Assembly: GCA_964016885.1 (NCBI GenBank)
Contig: OZ024744.1
Span: 11,718,001-11,782,000, forward strand
DNA: 64,000 nucleotides
Source: Eledone cirrhosa
Taxonomy: Eukaryota
Direction of reading: 5' to 3'
Position numbers and translations under genes: made by a program. The notes beneath the pieces are model-generated. The model was not told where the DNA came from and made no database searches. It saw only the letters and a list, made by a program, of their open reading frames with translations. Positions 1 to 12,200 of the stretch are shown here, in pieces (the first letter of the stretch is position 1; every line of letters starts with the position of its first letter).

Positions 1-3000
1 TGTTATACTCCAATATGTTGTTGTACTCCAATGTGTCTTGTTGTTGTACTCCAATATGTTTTGATGTTGTACTCCAATATGTTGTGTTGTTGTACTCCAA
101 TATGTTTTGATGTTGTACTCCAATATGTTGTGTTGTTGTACTCCAATATGTTGTGTAGTCGTATTCCAATATGTTGTGTTGTTGTACTCCAATATGTTTT
201 GTTGTTATTCTCCAATATGTTGTGATGTTGTACTCCAATGTGTTGTGTTGTTGTACTCCAATGTGATGTGTTGTTGTACTCCAATATGTTGTGCTGTTGT
301 ACTCCAATATTTTTTGTTTTTTGTACTCCAATATGTTGTGTTGTTATACTCCAATATGTTGTGTTGTTATACTCCAATATGGTGTGTTGTTGTACTCCAA
401 TATGTTGTATTGTTTTCTCCAATATGTCATGTTATACTCCAATATGGTGTGTTCGTGTACTCCAATATGTTGTGTTATTGTACTCCAATATGTTGCGTTG
501 TTGTACTCCAATATGTTGTGTTGTTATACTCCAATATGTCGTGTGGCTGTACTCCAATATGTCATGTTGTTGTACTCCAATATGTCTTGTTATAGTCCAA
601 TATGTCGTGTTGTTGTACTCCAATATATCATGTAGTTGTACTCCAATATTTCGTGTTGTTGTACCCCAATATGTAGTGTTGTTTATACTCCAATATGTTT
701 TGCTGTTGTACTCCAATATGTTGTGTTGCTGTACTCCTATATGTTGTGTTGTTATTCTCCAATATGTTGTGCTGTTGTACTCCAATGTGTTGTGTTGTTA
801 TACTCCAATGTGTTGTGTTGTTATACTCCAATATGTTGTGTTGTTGTAGTCCAATATGTTGTGTTGTCGTACTCCAATATGTTGTGTTGTTATACTCCAA
901 TATTTCGTGTGGTTGTACTCCAGTATGTCATGGTGTTGTACTTCAATATGTCGTGTTGTTGTACTCCAATATGTTGTCTTGTTGTACTCCAATCTGTTGT
1001 ATTGTTGTACTTCAATATGTTCTGTTGTTGTACTCCAATATATTGTGTTGTTGAACTCCAATACGTTGTGTTGTTGTTCTCCAATATTTTGTGCTGTTGT
1101 ACTCCAATTTGTGTTGTTGTACTCCAATATGTTGTGTTGTTGTACTCCAATATGTTGTGTTGTTGTACTCCAATATGTTGTGTTGTTATACTCCAATATG
1201 TTGTGCTGTTGTACTCCAATATTTCGTGTTGTTGTACTCCAATACGTCGTGTTGTTGTACTCCAATATGTTTTGATGTTGTACTCAAATATGTTGTGTTG
1301 TTGTACTCCAATATGTTTTGATGTTGTACTCCAATATGTTGTGTTGTTGTACTCCAATATGTTGTGTAGTCTTACTCCAATATGTTGTGTTGTTGTACTC
1401 CAATATGCTGTGATGTTGTACTCCAATATGATGTGATGTTGTACTCCAATGCGTTGTGTTGTTGTATTCCAATGTGATGTGTTGTTGTACTCCAATATGT
1501 TGTGCCATTGTACTCCAATATTTTTTATATTTGTACTCCAATATGTTGTGTTGTTATACTCCAATATGTTGTGCTGTTGTACTCCAAATCTCGTGTTGTT
1601 ATACTCCAATGTGTTGTGTTGTTATACTCCAATATGGTGTGTTGTTGTAGTCCAATATGTTGTATTGTTTTTTTCCAATATGTCATGTTATACTCCAATA
1701 TGTTGTGTTCGTGTACTCCAATATGTTGTGTTATTGTACTCCAATATGTTGCGTTGTTGTACTCCAATATGTTGTGTTGTTATACTCCAATATATTGTGT
1801 TGTTGTACTCCAATATGTTGTCTTGTTGTACTCCAAAAGGCCATGTTATCGTACTCCAATATGTCTTGTTATACTCCAATATGTCGTGTGGCTGTACTCC
1901 AATATGTCATGTTGTTGTACTCCAATATGTCTTGTTATAGTCCAATATGTCGTGTTGTTGTACTCCAATATGTCATGTAGTTGTATTCCAATATTTCGTG
2001 TTGTTGTACCCCAATATGTCGTGTTGTTTATACTCCAATATGTTTTGCTGTTGTACTCCAATATGTTGTGTTGCTGTATTCCAATATGTTGTGTTGTTAT
2101 TCTCCAATATGTTGTGCTGTTGTACTCCAATGTGTTATGTTGTTATACTCCAATATGTTGTGCTGTGCTACTCCAATATATTGTGTTGTTGTACTCCAAT
2201 GTGTTGTGTTGTTATACTCCAATATGTTGTGTTGATTTACTCCAATATGTTGTGTTGTTGTACTCCAATCTGTTGTGTTGTTATACTCCAATATGTTGTG
2301 TTGTTATACTCCAATATGTTGTGTTGTTTTACTCCAATATGTTGTGTTGTTGTACTCCAATATGTTGTGTTGTTGTACTCCAATATGTTGTGTTGTTGTA
2401 ATCCAATATCTTGTGTTGTTATACTCCAATATGTTGTGTTGTTGTACTCCAATATGTTGTGCTGTGCTACTCCAATATATTGTGTTGTTGTACTCCAATG
2501 TGTTGTGTTGTTATACTCCAATATGTTGTGTTGATTTACTCCAATATGTTGTGTTGTTGTACTCCAATCTGTTGTGTTGTTATACTCCAATATGTTGTGT
2601 TGTTATACTCCAATATGTTGTGTTGATTTACTCCAATATGTTGTGTTGTTGTACTCCAATCTGTTGTGTTGTTATACTCCAATATGTTGTGTTGTTATAC
2701 TCCAATATGTTGTGTTGTTTTACTCCAATATGTTGTGTTGTTGTACTCCAATATGTTGTGTTGTTGTACTCCAATATGTTGTGTTGTTGTAATCCAATAT
2801 CTTGTGTTGTTATACTCCAATATGTTGTGTTGTTGTACTCCAATATGTTGTGTTGTTATACTCCAATATGTTGTGTTGTGATACTCCAATATGTTGTGCT
2901 GTTGTACTCCAATATGTTGTATTGTTGTTCTCCAATATGTCATGTTATACTCCAATATGTCATGTTGTTGTACTCCAATATGTCGTATTGTTATACTCCA

Positions 3001-6000
3001 ATATGTTTTGATGTTGTACTCCAATATGTTGTGTTGTTGTACTCCAATGTGTTGTGTAGTCGTACTCCAATATGTTGTATTGTTATACTCCATTATGTTG
3101 TGCTGTTGTACTCCAATATGTTCTGTTGTTGTACTCCAATATATTGTGTTGTTGTACTCCAATATGTCGTGTTGTTGTACTCCAATATGTCGTGTTGTTG
3201 TACTCCAATATGTTGTGTTGTTGTACTCCAATATGTTGTGTTGTTGTACTCCAATATGTTGTATTGTTATACTCCAATATGTTATGTTGTTGTACTCCAA
3301 TATGTCATGTTGTTGTACTCCAATATGTTTTGATGTTGTACTCCAATATGTTGTGTTGTTGTACTCCAATATGTTTTTATGTTGTACTCCAATATGTTGT
3401 GTTGTTGTACTCCAATATGTTGTGTAGTCGTACTCCAATATGTTGTGTTGTTGTACTCCAATATGCTGTGATGTTGTACTCCAATATGATGTGCTGTTGT
3501 ACTCCAATGCGTTATGTTGTTGTACTCCAATATGCTGTGTTGTTATACTCCAATATGTTGTGTTGTTGTACTCCAATATGTTGTGTTGTTGTACTCCAAT
3601 ATGTTGTGTTGTTGTAATCCAATATCTTGTGTTGTTATACTCCAATATGTTGTGCTGTTGTACTCCAATATGTTGAGTTGTTATACTCCAATATGTAGTG
3701 TTGTTATACTCCAATATGTTGTGTTGTTGTACTCCAATCTGTTGCGTTATACTCCAATATGTTGTGTTGTTATACTCCAATATGTTGTGTTGTTATACTC
3801 CAATATGTTGTGTTGTTTTACTCCAATATGTTGTATTGTTGATCTCCAATATGTCATATTATACTCCAATAAGTTGTGTTCTTGTACTCCAATATGTGTT
3901 GTTGTTGTACTCCAATATGTTGCGTTGTTGTACTCCAATATATCATGTTGTCGTACTCCAATATGTCATGTTATACTCCAATATGTTTTGATGCTGTACT
4001 CCAATATGTTGTGTTGTTGTACTACAATATGTTGTGTTGTTGTACTCCAATATGTTGTGTTGTTATACTCCAATATGGTGTGCTGTTGTACTCCAATATG
4101 TTGTGTTGTTGTACTCCAATATGTTGTGCTGTTATACTCCAATATTTTGTGTTGTTATACTCCAATATGTGGTATTGTTGTACTCCAATATGTTGTGCTG
4201 TTGTACTCCAATATGTTGTGTTGTTATACTCCAACATGTTGTGTTGTTATACTCCAATATGTTGTGTTGTTATACTCGAATATGTTGTGTTGTTATACTC
4301 GAATATCTTGTGTTGTTATACTCGAATATGTTGTGCTGTTGTACTCCAATATGTCGTGTTGTTGTACTCCAATATATCATGTAGTTGTACTCCAATATTT
4401 CGTGTTGTTGTACCCCAATATGTAGTGTTGTTTATATTCCAATATGTTTTGCTGTTGTACTCCAATATGTTGTGTTGCTGTACTCCTATATGTTGTGTTG
4501 TTATTCTCCAATATGTTGTGTTGTTGTACTCCAATCTGTTGTGTTGTTATACTCCAATGTGTTGTGTTGTTATACTCCAACATGTTGTGTTGTTATACTC
4601 CAATATTTCGTGTGGTTGTACTCCAATATGTCATGGTGTTGTACTTCAATATGTCGTGTTGTTGTACTCCAATATGTTGTCTTGCTGTACTCCAATCTGT
4701 TGTATTGTTGTACTTCAATATGTTCTGTTGTTGTACTCCAATATATTGTGTTGTTGTACTCCAATATGTTGTGTTGTTGTACTCCAATATGTTGTGCTGT
4801 TGTACTCCAATATGATGTGCTGTTGTACTCCAATATGTTGTATTGTTGTTCTCCAATATGTCATGTTATACTCCAATAAGTTGTGTTCTTGTACTCCAAT
4901 ATGTTGTGTTGCTGTACTCCAATATATCATGTTGTCGTACTCCAATATGTCATGTTATACTCCAATATGTCATTGTTGTACTCCAATATGTCGTGTTGTT
5001 GTACTCCAATATGTCGTGTTGTTGTACTCCAATATGTTGTGTTGTTGTACTCCAATATGTTGTGTTGTTGTACTCCAATATGTTGTGTTGTTATACTCCA
5101 ATATGTTATGTTGTTGTACTCCAATATGTCATGTTGTTGTACTCCAATATGTTTTGATGTTGTACTCCAATATGTTCTGTTGTTGTACTCCAATATGTTT
5201 TGATGTTGTACTCCAATATGTTGTGTTGTTGTACTCCAATATGTTGTGTAGTCGTACTCCAATATGTTGTGTTGTTGTACTCCAATATGCTGTGATGTTG
5301 TACTCCAATATGATGTGCTGTTGTACTCCAATGCGTTGTGTTGTTGTACTCCAATATGCTGTGTTGTTATACTCCAATATGTTGTGTTGTTATACTCCAA
5401 TATGTTGTGTTGTTATACTCCAATATGTTGTGTTGTTTTACTCCAATATGTTGTATTGTTGATCTCCAATATGTCATATTATACTCCAATAAGTTGTGTT
5501 CTTGTACTCCAATATGTGTTGTTGTTGTACTCCAATATGTTGCGTTGTTGTACTCCAATATATCATGTTGTCGTACTCCAATATGTCATGTTATACTCCA
5601 ATATGTTTTGATGCTGTACTCCAATATGTTGTGTTGTTGTACTACAATATGTTGTGTTGTTGTACTCCAATATGTTGTGTTGTTATACTCCAATATGTTG
5701 TGCTGTTGTACTCCAATATGTTGTGTTGTTATACTCCAATATGTAGTGTTGTTATACTCCAATATGTTATGTTGTTGTACTCCAATCTGTTGTGTTGTTA
5801 TACTCCAATATATTGTGTTGTTATACTCCAATATGTTGTGTTGTTTTACTCCAATATGTTGTGTTGTTGTACTCCAATATGTTGTATTGTTGTTCTCCAA
5901 TATGTCATGTTATACTCCAATAAGTTGTGTTCTTGTACTCCAATATGTTGTGTAGTTGTACTCCAATATGTTGTGTTGTTGTACTCCAATATATCATGTT

Positions 6001-9000
6001 GTCGTACTCCAATATGTCATGTTATACTCCAATGTGTCATTGTTGTACTCCAATATGTCGTGTTGTTGTACTCCAATATGTCGTGTTGTTGGACTCCAAT
6101 ATGTTGTGTTGTTGTACTCCAATATGTTGTGTTGTTGTACTCCAATATGTTGTGTTGTTATACTCCAATATGTTATGTTGTTGTACTCCAATATGTCATG
6201 TTGTTGTACTCCAATATGTTTTGATTTTGTACTCCAATATGTCGTGTTGTTATACTCCAATATGTTATGATGTTGTACTCCAATATATTGTGTTACTCCA
6301 ATATTTCCAATATGCCATGTTGTTATACTCCAATAGGTTGTGTTGTTGTACTCCAATATGTCATAGGGGTTGTACTCCAATATGGTGTGTTGTTGTACTC
6401 CAATATGCTGTGTTGCTGTACTCCAATAGGTTGTGTTGTTGTACTCCAATATGCGGTGTTGGCTGTGCTCCAATACGTTGTGTTGTTGTACTCCAATATG
6501 TTGTGCTGCTGTACTCCAATATGTTGTGTTGTTGTACTCCAATATGTTGTGTTGTTGTACTCCAATATGTTGTGTTGTTGTACTCCAATCTATATCGCTG
6601 TTGTACTCCAATATGTTGTGTTGTTGTACTCCAATATGTTGTGCTGTTGTACTCCAATATGTTGTGATGTTGTACTCCAATATTTTGTGCTGTTATACTC
6701 CAATATATTGTGTTGTTATACTCCAATATGTTGTGTTGTTGTACTCCAAAATATTGTGTTGTTATACTCCAATATGTTGTGTTGTTATACTCCAATATGT
6801 TGTGCTGTTATACTCCAATATGTTGTGTTGTTGTACTCCAATATGTTGTGCTGTTATACTCCAATATTTTGTGTTGTTATACTCCAATATGTGGTATTGC
6901 TGTACTCCAATATGTTGTGCTGTTGTACTCCAATATGTTGTGTTGTTATACTCCAACATGTTGTGTTGTTATACTCCAATATGTTGTGTTGTTATACTCG
7001 AATATGTTGTGTTGTTATACTCGAATATCTTGTGTTGTTATACTCGAATATGTTGTGCTGTTGTACTCCAATATGTCGTGTTGTTGTACTCCAATATATC
7101 ATGTAGTTGTACTCCAATATTTCGTGTTGTTGTACCCCAATATGTAGTGTTGTTTATACTCCAATATGTTTTGCTGTTGTACTCCAATATGTTGTGTTGC
7201 TGTACTCCTATATGTTGTGTTGTTATTCTCCAATATGTTGTGTTGTTATACTCCAATGTGTTGTGTTGTTATACTCCAATATGTTGTGTTGTTGTAGTCC
7301 AATATGTTGTGTTGTCGTACTCCAATATGTTGTGTTGTTATACTCCAATATTTCGTGTGGTTGTACTCCAATATGTCATGGTGTTGTACTTCAATATGTC
7401 GTGTTGTTGTACTCCAATATGTTGTCTTGCTGTACTCCAATATGTTGTGTTGTTGTACTCCAATATCTTGTGTTCTTATACTCCAATATGTTGTGTTGTT
7501 ATACTCCAATATGTTGTGTTGTTGTACTCCAATATGTTGTGCTGTTTTACTCCAATATGTTGTGTTGTTGTACTCCAATATGTTGTATTATTTTTCTCCA
7601 ATATGTCATGTTATACTCCAATAAGTTGTGTTCTTGTACTCCAATATGTTGTGTTGTTGTACTCCAATATATCATGTTGTCGTACTCCAATATGTCATGT
7701 TATACTCCAATATGTCATTGTTGTACTCCAATATGTCGTGTTGTTGTACTCCAATATGTCGTGTTGTTGTACTCCAATATGTTGTGTTGTTGTACTCCAA
7801 TATGTTGTGTTGTTGTACTCCAATATGTTGTGTTGTTATACTCCAATATGTTATGTTGTTGTACTCCAATATGTCATGTTGTTGTACTCCAATATGTTTT
7901 GATGTTGTACTCCAATATGTTGTGTTGTTGTACTCCAATATGTTTTGATGTTGTACTCCAATATGTTGTGTTGTTGTACTCCAATATGTTGTGTAGTCGT
8001 ACTCCAATATGTTGTGTTGTTGTACTCCAATATGCTGTGATGTTGTACTCCAATATGATATGCTGTTGTACTCCAATGCGTTGTGTTGTTGTACTCCAAT
8101 ATGCTGTTTTGTTATACTCCAATATGTTGTGTTGTTGTACTCCAATATGTTGTGTTGTTGTACTCCAATATGTTGTGTTGTTGTAATCCAATATCTTGTG
8201 TTGTTATACTCCAATATGTTGTGCTGTTGTACTCCAATATGTTGAGTTGTTATACTCCAATATGTAGTGTTGTTATACTCCAATATGTTGTGTTGTTGTA
8301 CTCCAATCTGTTGCGTTATACTCCAATATGTTGTGTTGTTATACTCCAATATGTTGTGTTGTTATACTCCAATATGTTGTGTTGTTTTACTCCAATATGT
8401 TGTATTGTTGATCTCCAATATGTCATATTATACTCCAATAAGTTGTGTTCTTGTACTCCAATATGTGTTGTTGTTGTACTCCAATATGTTGCGTTGTTGT
8501 ACTCCAATATATCATGTTGTCGTACTCCAATATGTCATGTTATACTCCAATATGTTTTGATGCTGTACTCCAATATGTTGTGTTGTTGTACTACAATATG
8601 TTGTGTTGTTGTACTCCAATATGTTGTGTTGTTATACTCCAATATGTTGTGCTGTTGTACTCCAATATGTTGTGTTGTTATACTCCAATATGTAGTGTTG
8701 TTATACTCCAATATGTTGTGTTGTTGTACTCCAATCTGTTGTGTTGTTATACTCCAATATATTGTGTTGTTATACTCCAATATGTTGTGTTGTTTTACTC
8801 CAATATGTTGTGTTGTTGTACTCCAATATGTTGTATTGTTGTTCTCCAATATGTCATGTTATACTCCAATAAGTTGAGTTCTTGTACTCCAATATGTTGT
8901 GTTGTTGTACTCCAATATGTTGTGTTGTTGTACTCCAATATATCATGTTGTCGTACTCCAATATGACATGTTATACTCCAATATGTCGTTGTTATACTCC

Positions 9001-9239
9001 AATATGTCATGATGTTGTACTCCAATATGTCATGTTCTTGTACTCCAATATGTCGTGTTGTCGTACTCCAATATGTTGTGTTGTTGTACTCCAATATGTT
9101 GTGCTGTTGTACTCCAATATGTTGTGTTGTTGTACTCCAATATGTTGTGTTGTTATACTCCAATATGTTGTGCTGTTGTACTCCAATATTTCGTGTTGTT
9201 GTACTCCAATACGTCGTGTTGTACTCCAATATGTTGTGT
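1..9239. repeat. Higher-order repeat copy 1 (9239 bp; arbitrary phase set at window start)
   Basis: Rare variants and identical ORFs recur at +9238 (ORF 432..785 vs 9670..10023; 636..1436 vs 9874..10674), then at +8957 (3876..5462 vs 12833..14419; 6433..7902 vs 15390..16859). This copy carries a private +391 bp gain and -110 bp loss. Confidence 0.9.
2145..2845. repeat. Nested local duplications (299 bp = 13 monomers, plus 92 bp = 4 monomers) private to HOR copy 1
   Basis: GTTGATTTAC is at 2231, 2530 and 2622; GCTGTGCTAC is at 2162 and 2461; TAATCCAATATC is at 2399 and 2790. Each occurs only once in the equivalent segment of the other copies. Confidence 0.85.
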
Positions 9240-12200
9240 TGTTATACTCCAATATGTTGTTGTACTCCAATGTGTCTTGTTGTTGTACTCCAATATGTTT
9301 TGATGTTGTACTCCAATATGTTGTGTTGTTGTACTCCAATATGTTTTGATGTTGTACTCCAATATGTTGTGTTGTTGTACTCCAATATGTTGTGTAGTCG
9401 TATTCCAATATGTTGTGTTGTTGTACTCTAATATGTTTTGTTGTTATTCTCCAATATGTTGTGATGTTGTACTCCAATGTGTTGTGTTGTTGTACTCCAA
9501 TGTGATGTGTTGTTGTACTCCAATATGTTGTGCTGTTGTACTCCAATATTTTTTGTTTTTGTACTCCAATATGTTGTGTTGTTATACTCCAATATGTTGT
9601 GTTGTTATACTCCAATATGGTGTGTTGTTGTACTCCAATATGTTGTATTGTTTTCTCCAATATGTCATGTTATACTCCAATATGGTGTGTTCGTGTACTC
9701 CAATATGTTGTGTTATTGTACTCCAATATGTTGCGTTGTTGTACTCCAATATGTTGTGTTGTTATACTCCAATATGTCGTGTGGCTGTACTCCAATATGT
9801 CATGTTGTTGTACTCCAATATGTCTTGTTATAGTCCAATATGTCGTGTTGTTGTACTCCAATATATCATGTAGTTGTACTCCAATATTTCGTGTTGTTGT
9901 ACCCCAATATGTAGTGTTGTTTATACTCCAATATGTTTTGCTGTTGTACTCCAATATGTTGTGTTGCTGTACTCCTATATGTTGTGTTGTTATTCTCCAA
10001 TATGTTGTGCTGTTGTACTCCAATGTGTTGTGTTGTTATACTCCAATGTGTTGTGTTGTTATACTCCAATATGTTGTGTTGTTGTAGTCCAATATGTTGT
10101 GTTGTCGTACTCCAATATGTTGTGTTGTTATACTCCAATATTTCGTGTGGTTGTACTCCAGTATGTCATGGTGTTGTACTTCAATATGTCGTGTTGTTGT
10201 ACTCCAATATGTTGTCTTGTTGTACTCCAATCTGTTGTATTGTTGTACTTCAATATGTTCTGTTGTTGTACTCCAATATATTGTGTTGTTGAACTCCAAT
10301 ACGTTGTGTTGTTGTTCTCCAATATTTTGTGCTGTTGTACTCCAATTTGTGTTGTTGTACTCCAATATGTTGTGTTGTTGTACTCCAATATGTTGTGTTG
10401 TTGTACTCCAATATGTTGTGTTGTTATACTCCAATATGTTGTGCTGTTGTACTCCAATATTTCGTGTTGTTGTACTCCAATACGTCGTGTTGTTGTACTC
10501 CAATATGTTTTGATGTTGTACTCAAATATGTTGTGTTGTTGTACTCCAATATGTTTTGATGTTGTACTCCAATATGTTGTGTTGTTGTACTCCAATATGT
10601 TGTGTAGTCTTACTCCAATATGTTGTGTTGTTGTACTCCAATATGCTGTGATGTTGTACTCCAATATGATGTGATGTTGTACTCCAATGCGTTGTGTTGT
10701 TGTATTCCAATGTGATGTGTTGTTGTACTCCAATATGTTGTGCCATTGTACTCCAATATTTTTTATATTTGTACTCCAATATGTTGTGTTGTTATACTCC
10801 AATATGTTGTGCTGTTGTACTCCAAATCTCGTGTTGTTATACTCCAATGTGTTGTGTTGTTATACTCCAATATGGTGTGTTGTTGTAGTCCAATATGTTG
10901 TATTGTTTTTTTCCAATATGTCATGTTATACTCCAATATGTTGTGTTCGTGTACTCCAATATGTTGTGTTATTGTACTCCAATATGTTGCGTTGTTGTAC
11001 TCCAATATGTTGTGTTGTTATACTCCAATATATTGTGTTGTTGTACTCCAATATGTTGTCTTGTTGTACTCCAAAAGGCCATGTTATCGTACTCCAATAT
11101 GTCTTGTTATACTCCAATATGTCGTGTGGCTGTACTCCAATATGTCATGTTGTTGTACTCCAATATGTCTTGTTATAGTCCAATATGTCGTGTTGTTGTA
11201 CTCCAATATGTCATGTAGTTGTATTCCAATATTTCGTGTTGTTGTACCCCAATATGTCGTGTTGTTTATACTCCAATATGTTTTGCTGTTGTACTCCAAT
11301 ATGTTGTGTTGCTGTATTCCAATATGTTGTGTTGTTATTCTCCAATATGTTGTGCTGTTGTACTCCAATGTGTTATGTTGTTATACTCCAATATGTTGTG
11401 CTGTGCTACTCCAATATATTGTGTTGTTGTACTCCAATGTGTTGTGTTGTTATACTCCAATATGTTGTGTTGATTTACTCCAATATGTTGTGTTGTTGTA
11501 CTCCAATCTGTTGTGTTGTTATACTCCAATATGTTGTGTTGTTATACTCCAATATGTTGTGTTGTTTTACTCCAATATGTTGTGTTGTTGTACTCCAATA
11601 TGTTGTGTTGTTGTACTCCAATATGTTGTGTTGTTGTAATCCAATATCTTGTGTTGTTATACTCCAATATGTTGTGTTGTTGTACTCCAATATGTTGTGT
11701 TGTTATACTCCAATATGTTGTGTTGTGATACTCCAATATGTTGTGCTGTTGTACTCCAATATGTTGTATTGTTGTTCTCCAATATGTCATGTTATACTCC
11801 AATAAGTTGTGTTCTTGTACTCCAATATGTTGTGTTGTTGTACTCCAATATATCATGTTGTCGTACTCCAATATGTCATGTTATACTCCAATATGTCGTT
11901 GTTATACTCCAATATGTCATGTTGTTGTACTCCAATATGTCGTATTGTTATACTCCAATATGTTTTGATGTTGTACTCCAATATGTTGTGTTGTTGTACT
12001 CCAATATGTTGTGTAGTCGTACTCCAATATGTTGTATTGTTATACTCCATTATGTTGTGCTGTTGTACTCCAATATGTTCTGTTGTTGTACTCCAATATA
12101 TTGTGTTGTTGTACTCCAATATGTCGTGTTGTTGTACTCCAATATGTCGTGTTGTTGTACTCCAATATGTTGTGTTGTTGTACTCCAATATGTTGTGTTG

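Noticed and set aside
6311-6600. Locally divergent patch (GCCATG, CATAGGGG, GCGGTGTTGGC, TCTATATCGC) as a foreign insertion or transposon remnant
   Set aside because: The core still recurs at ~23-bp spacing. These are mutated monomers, with no terminal repeats, target-site duplication or unique sequence.
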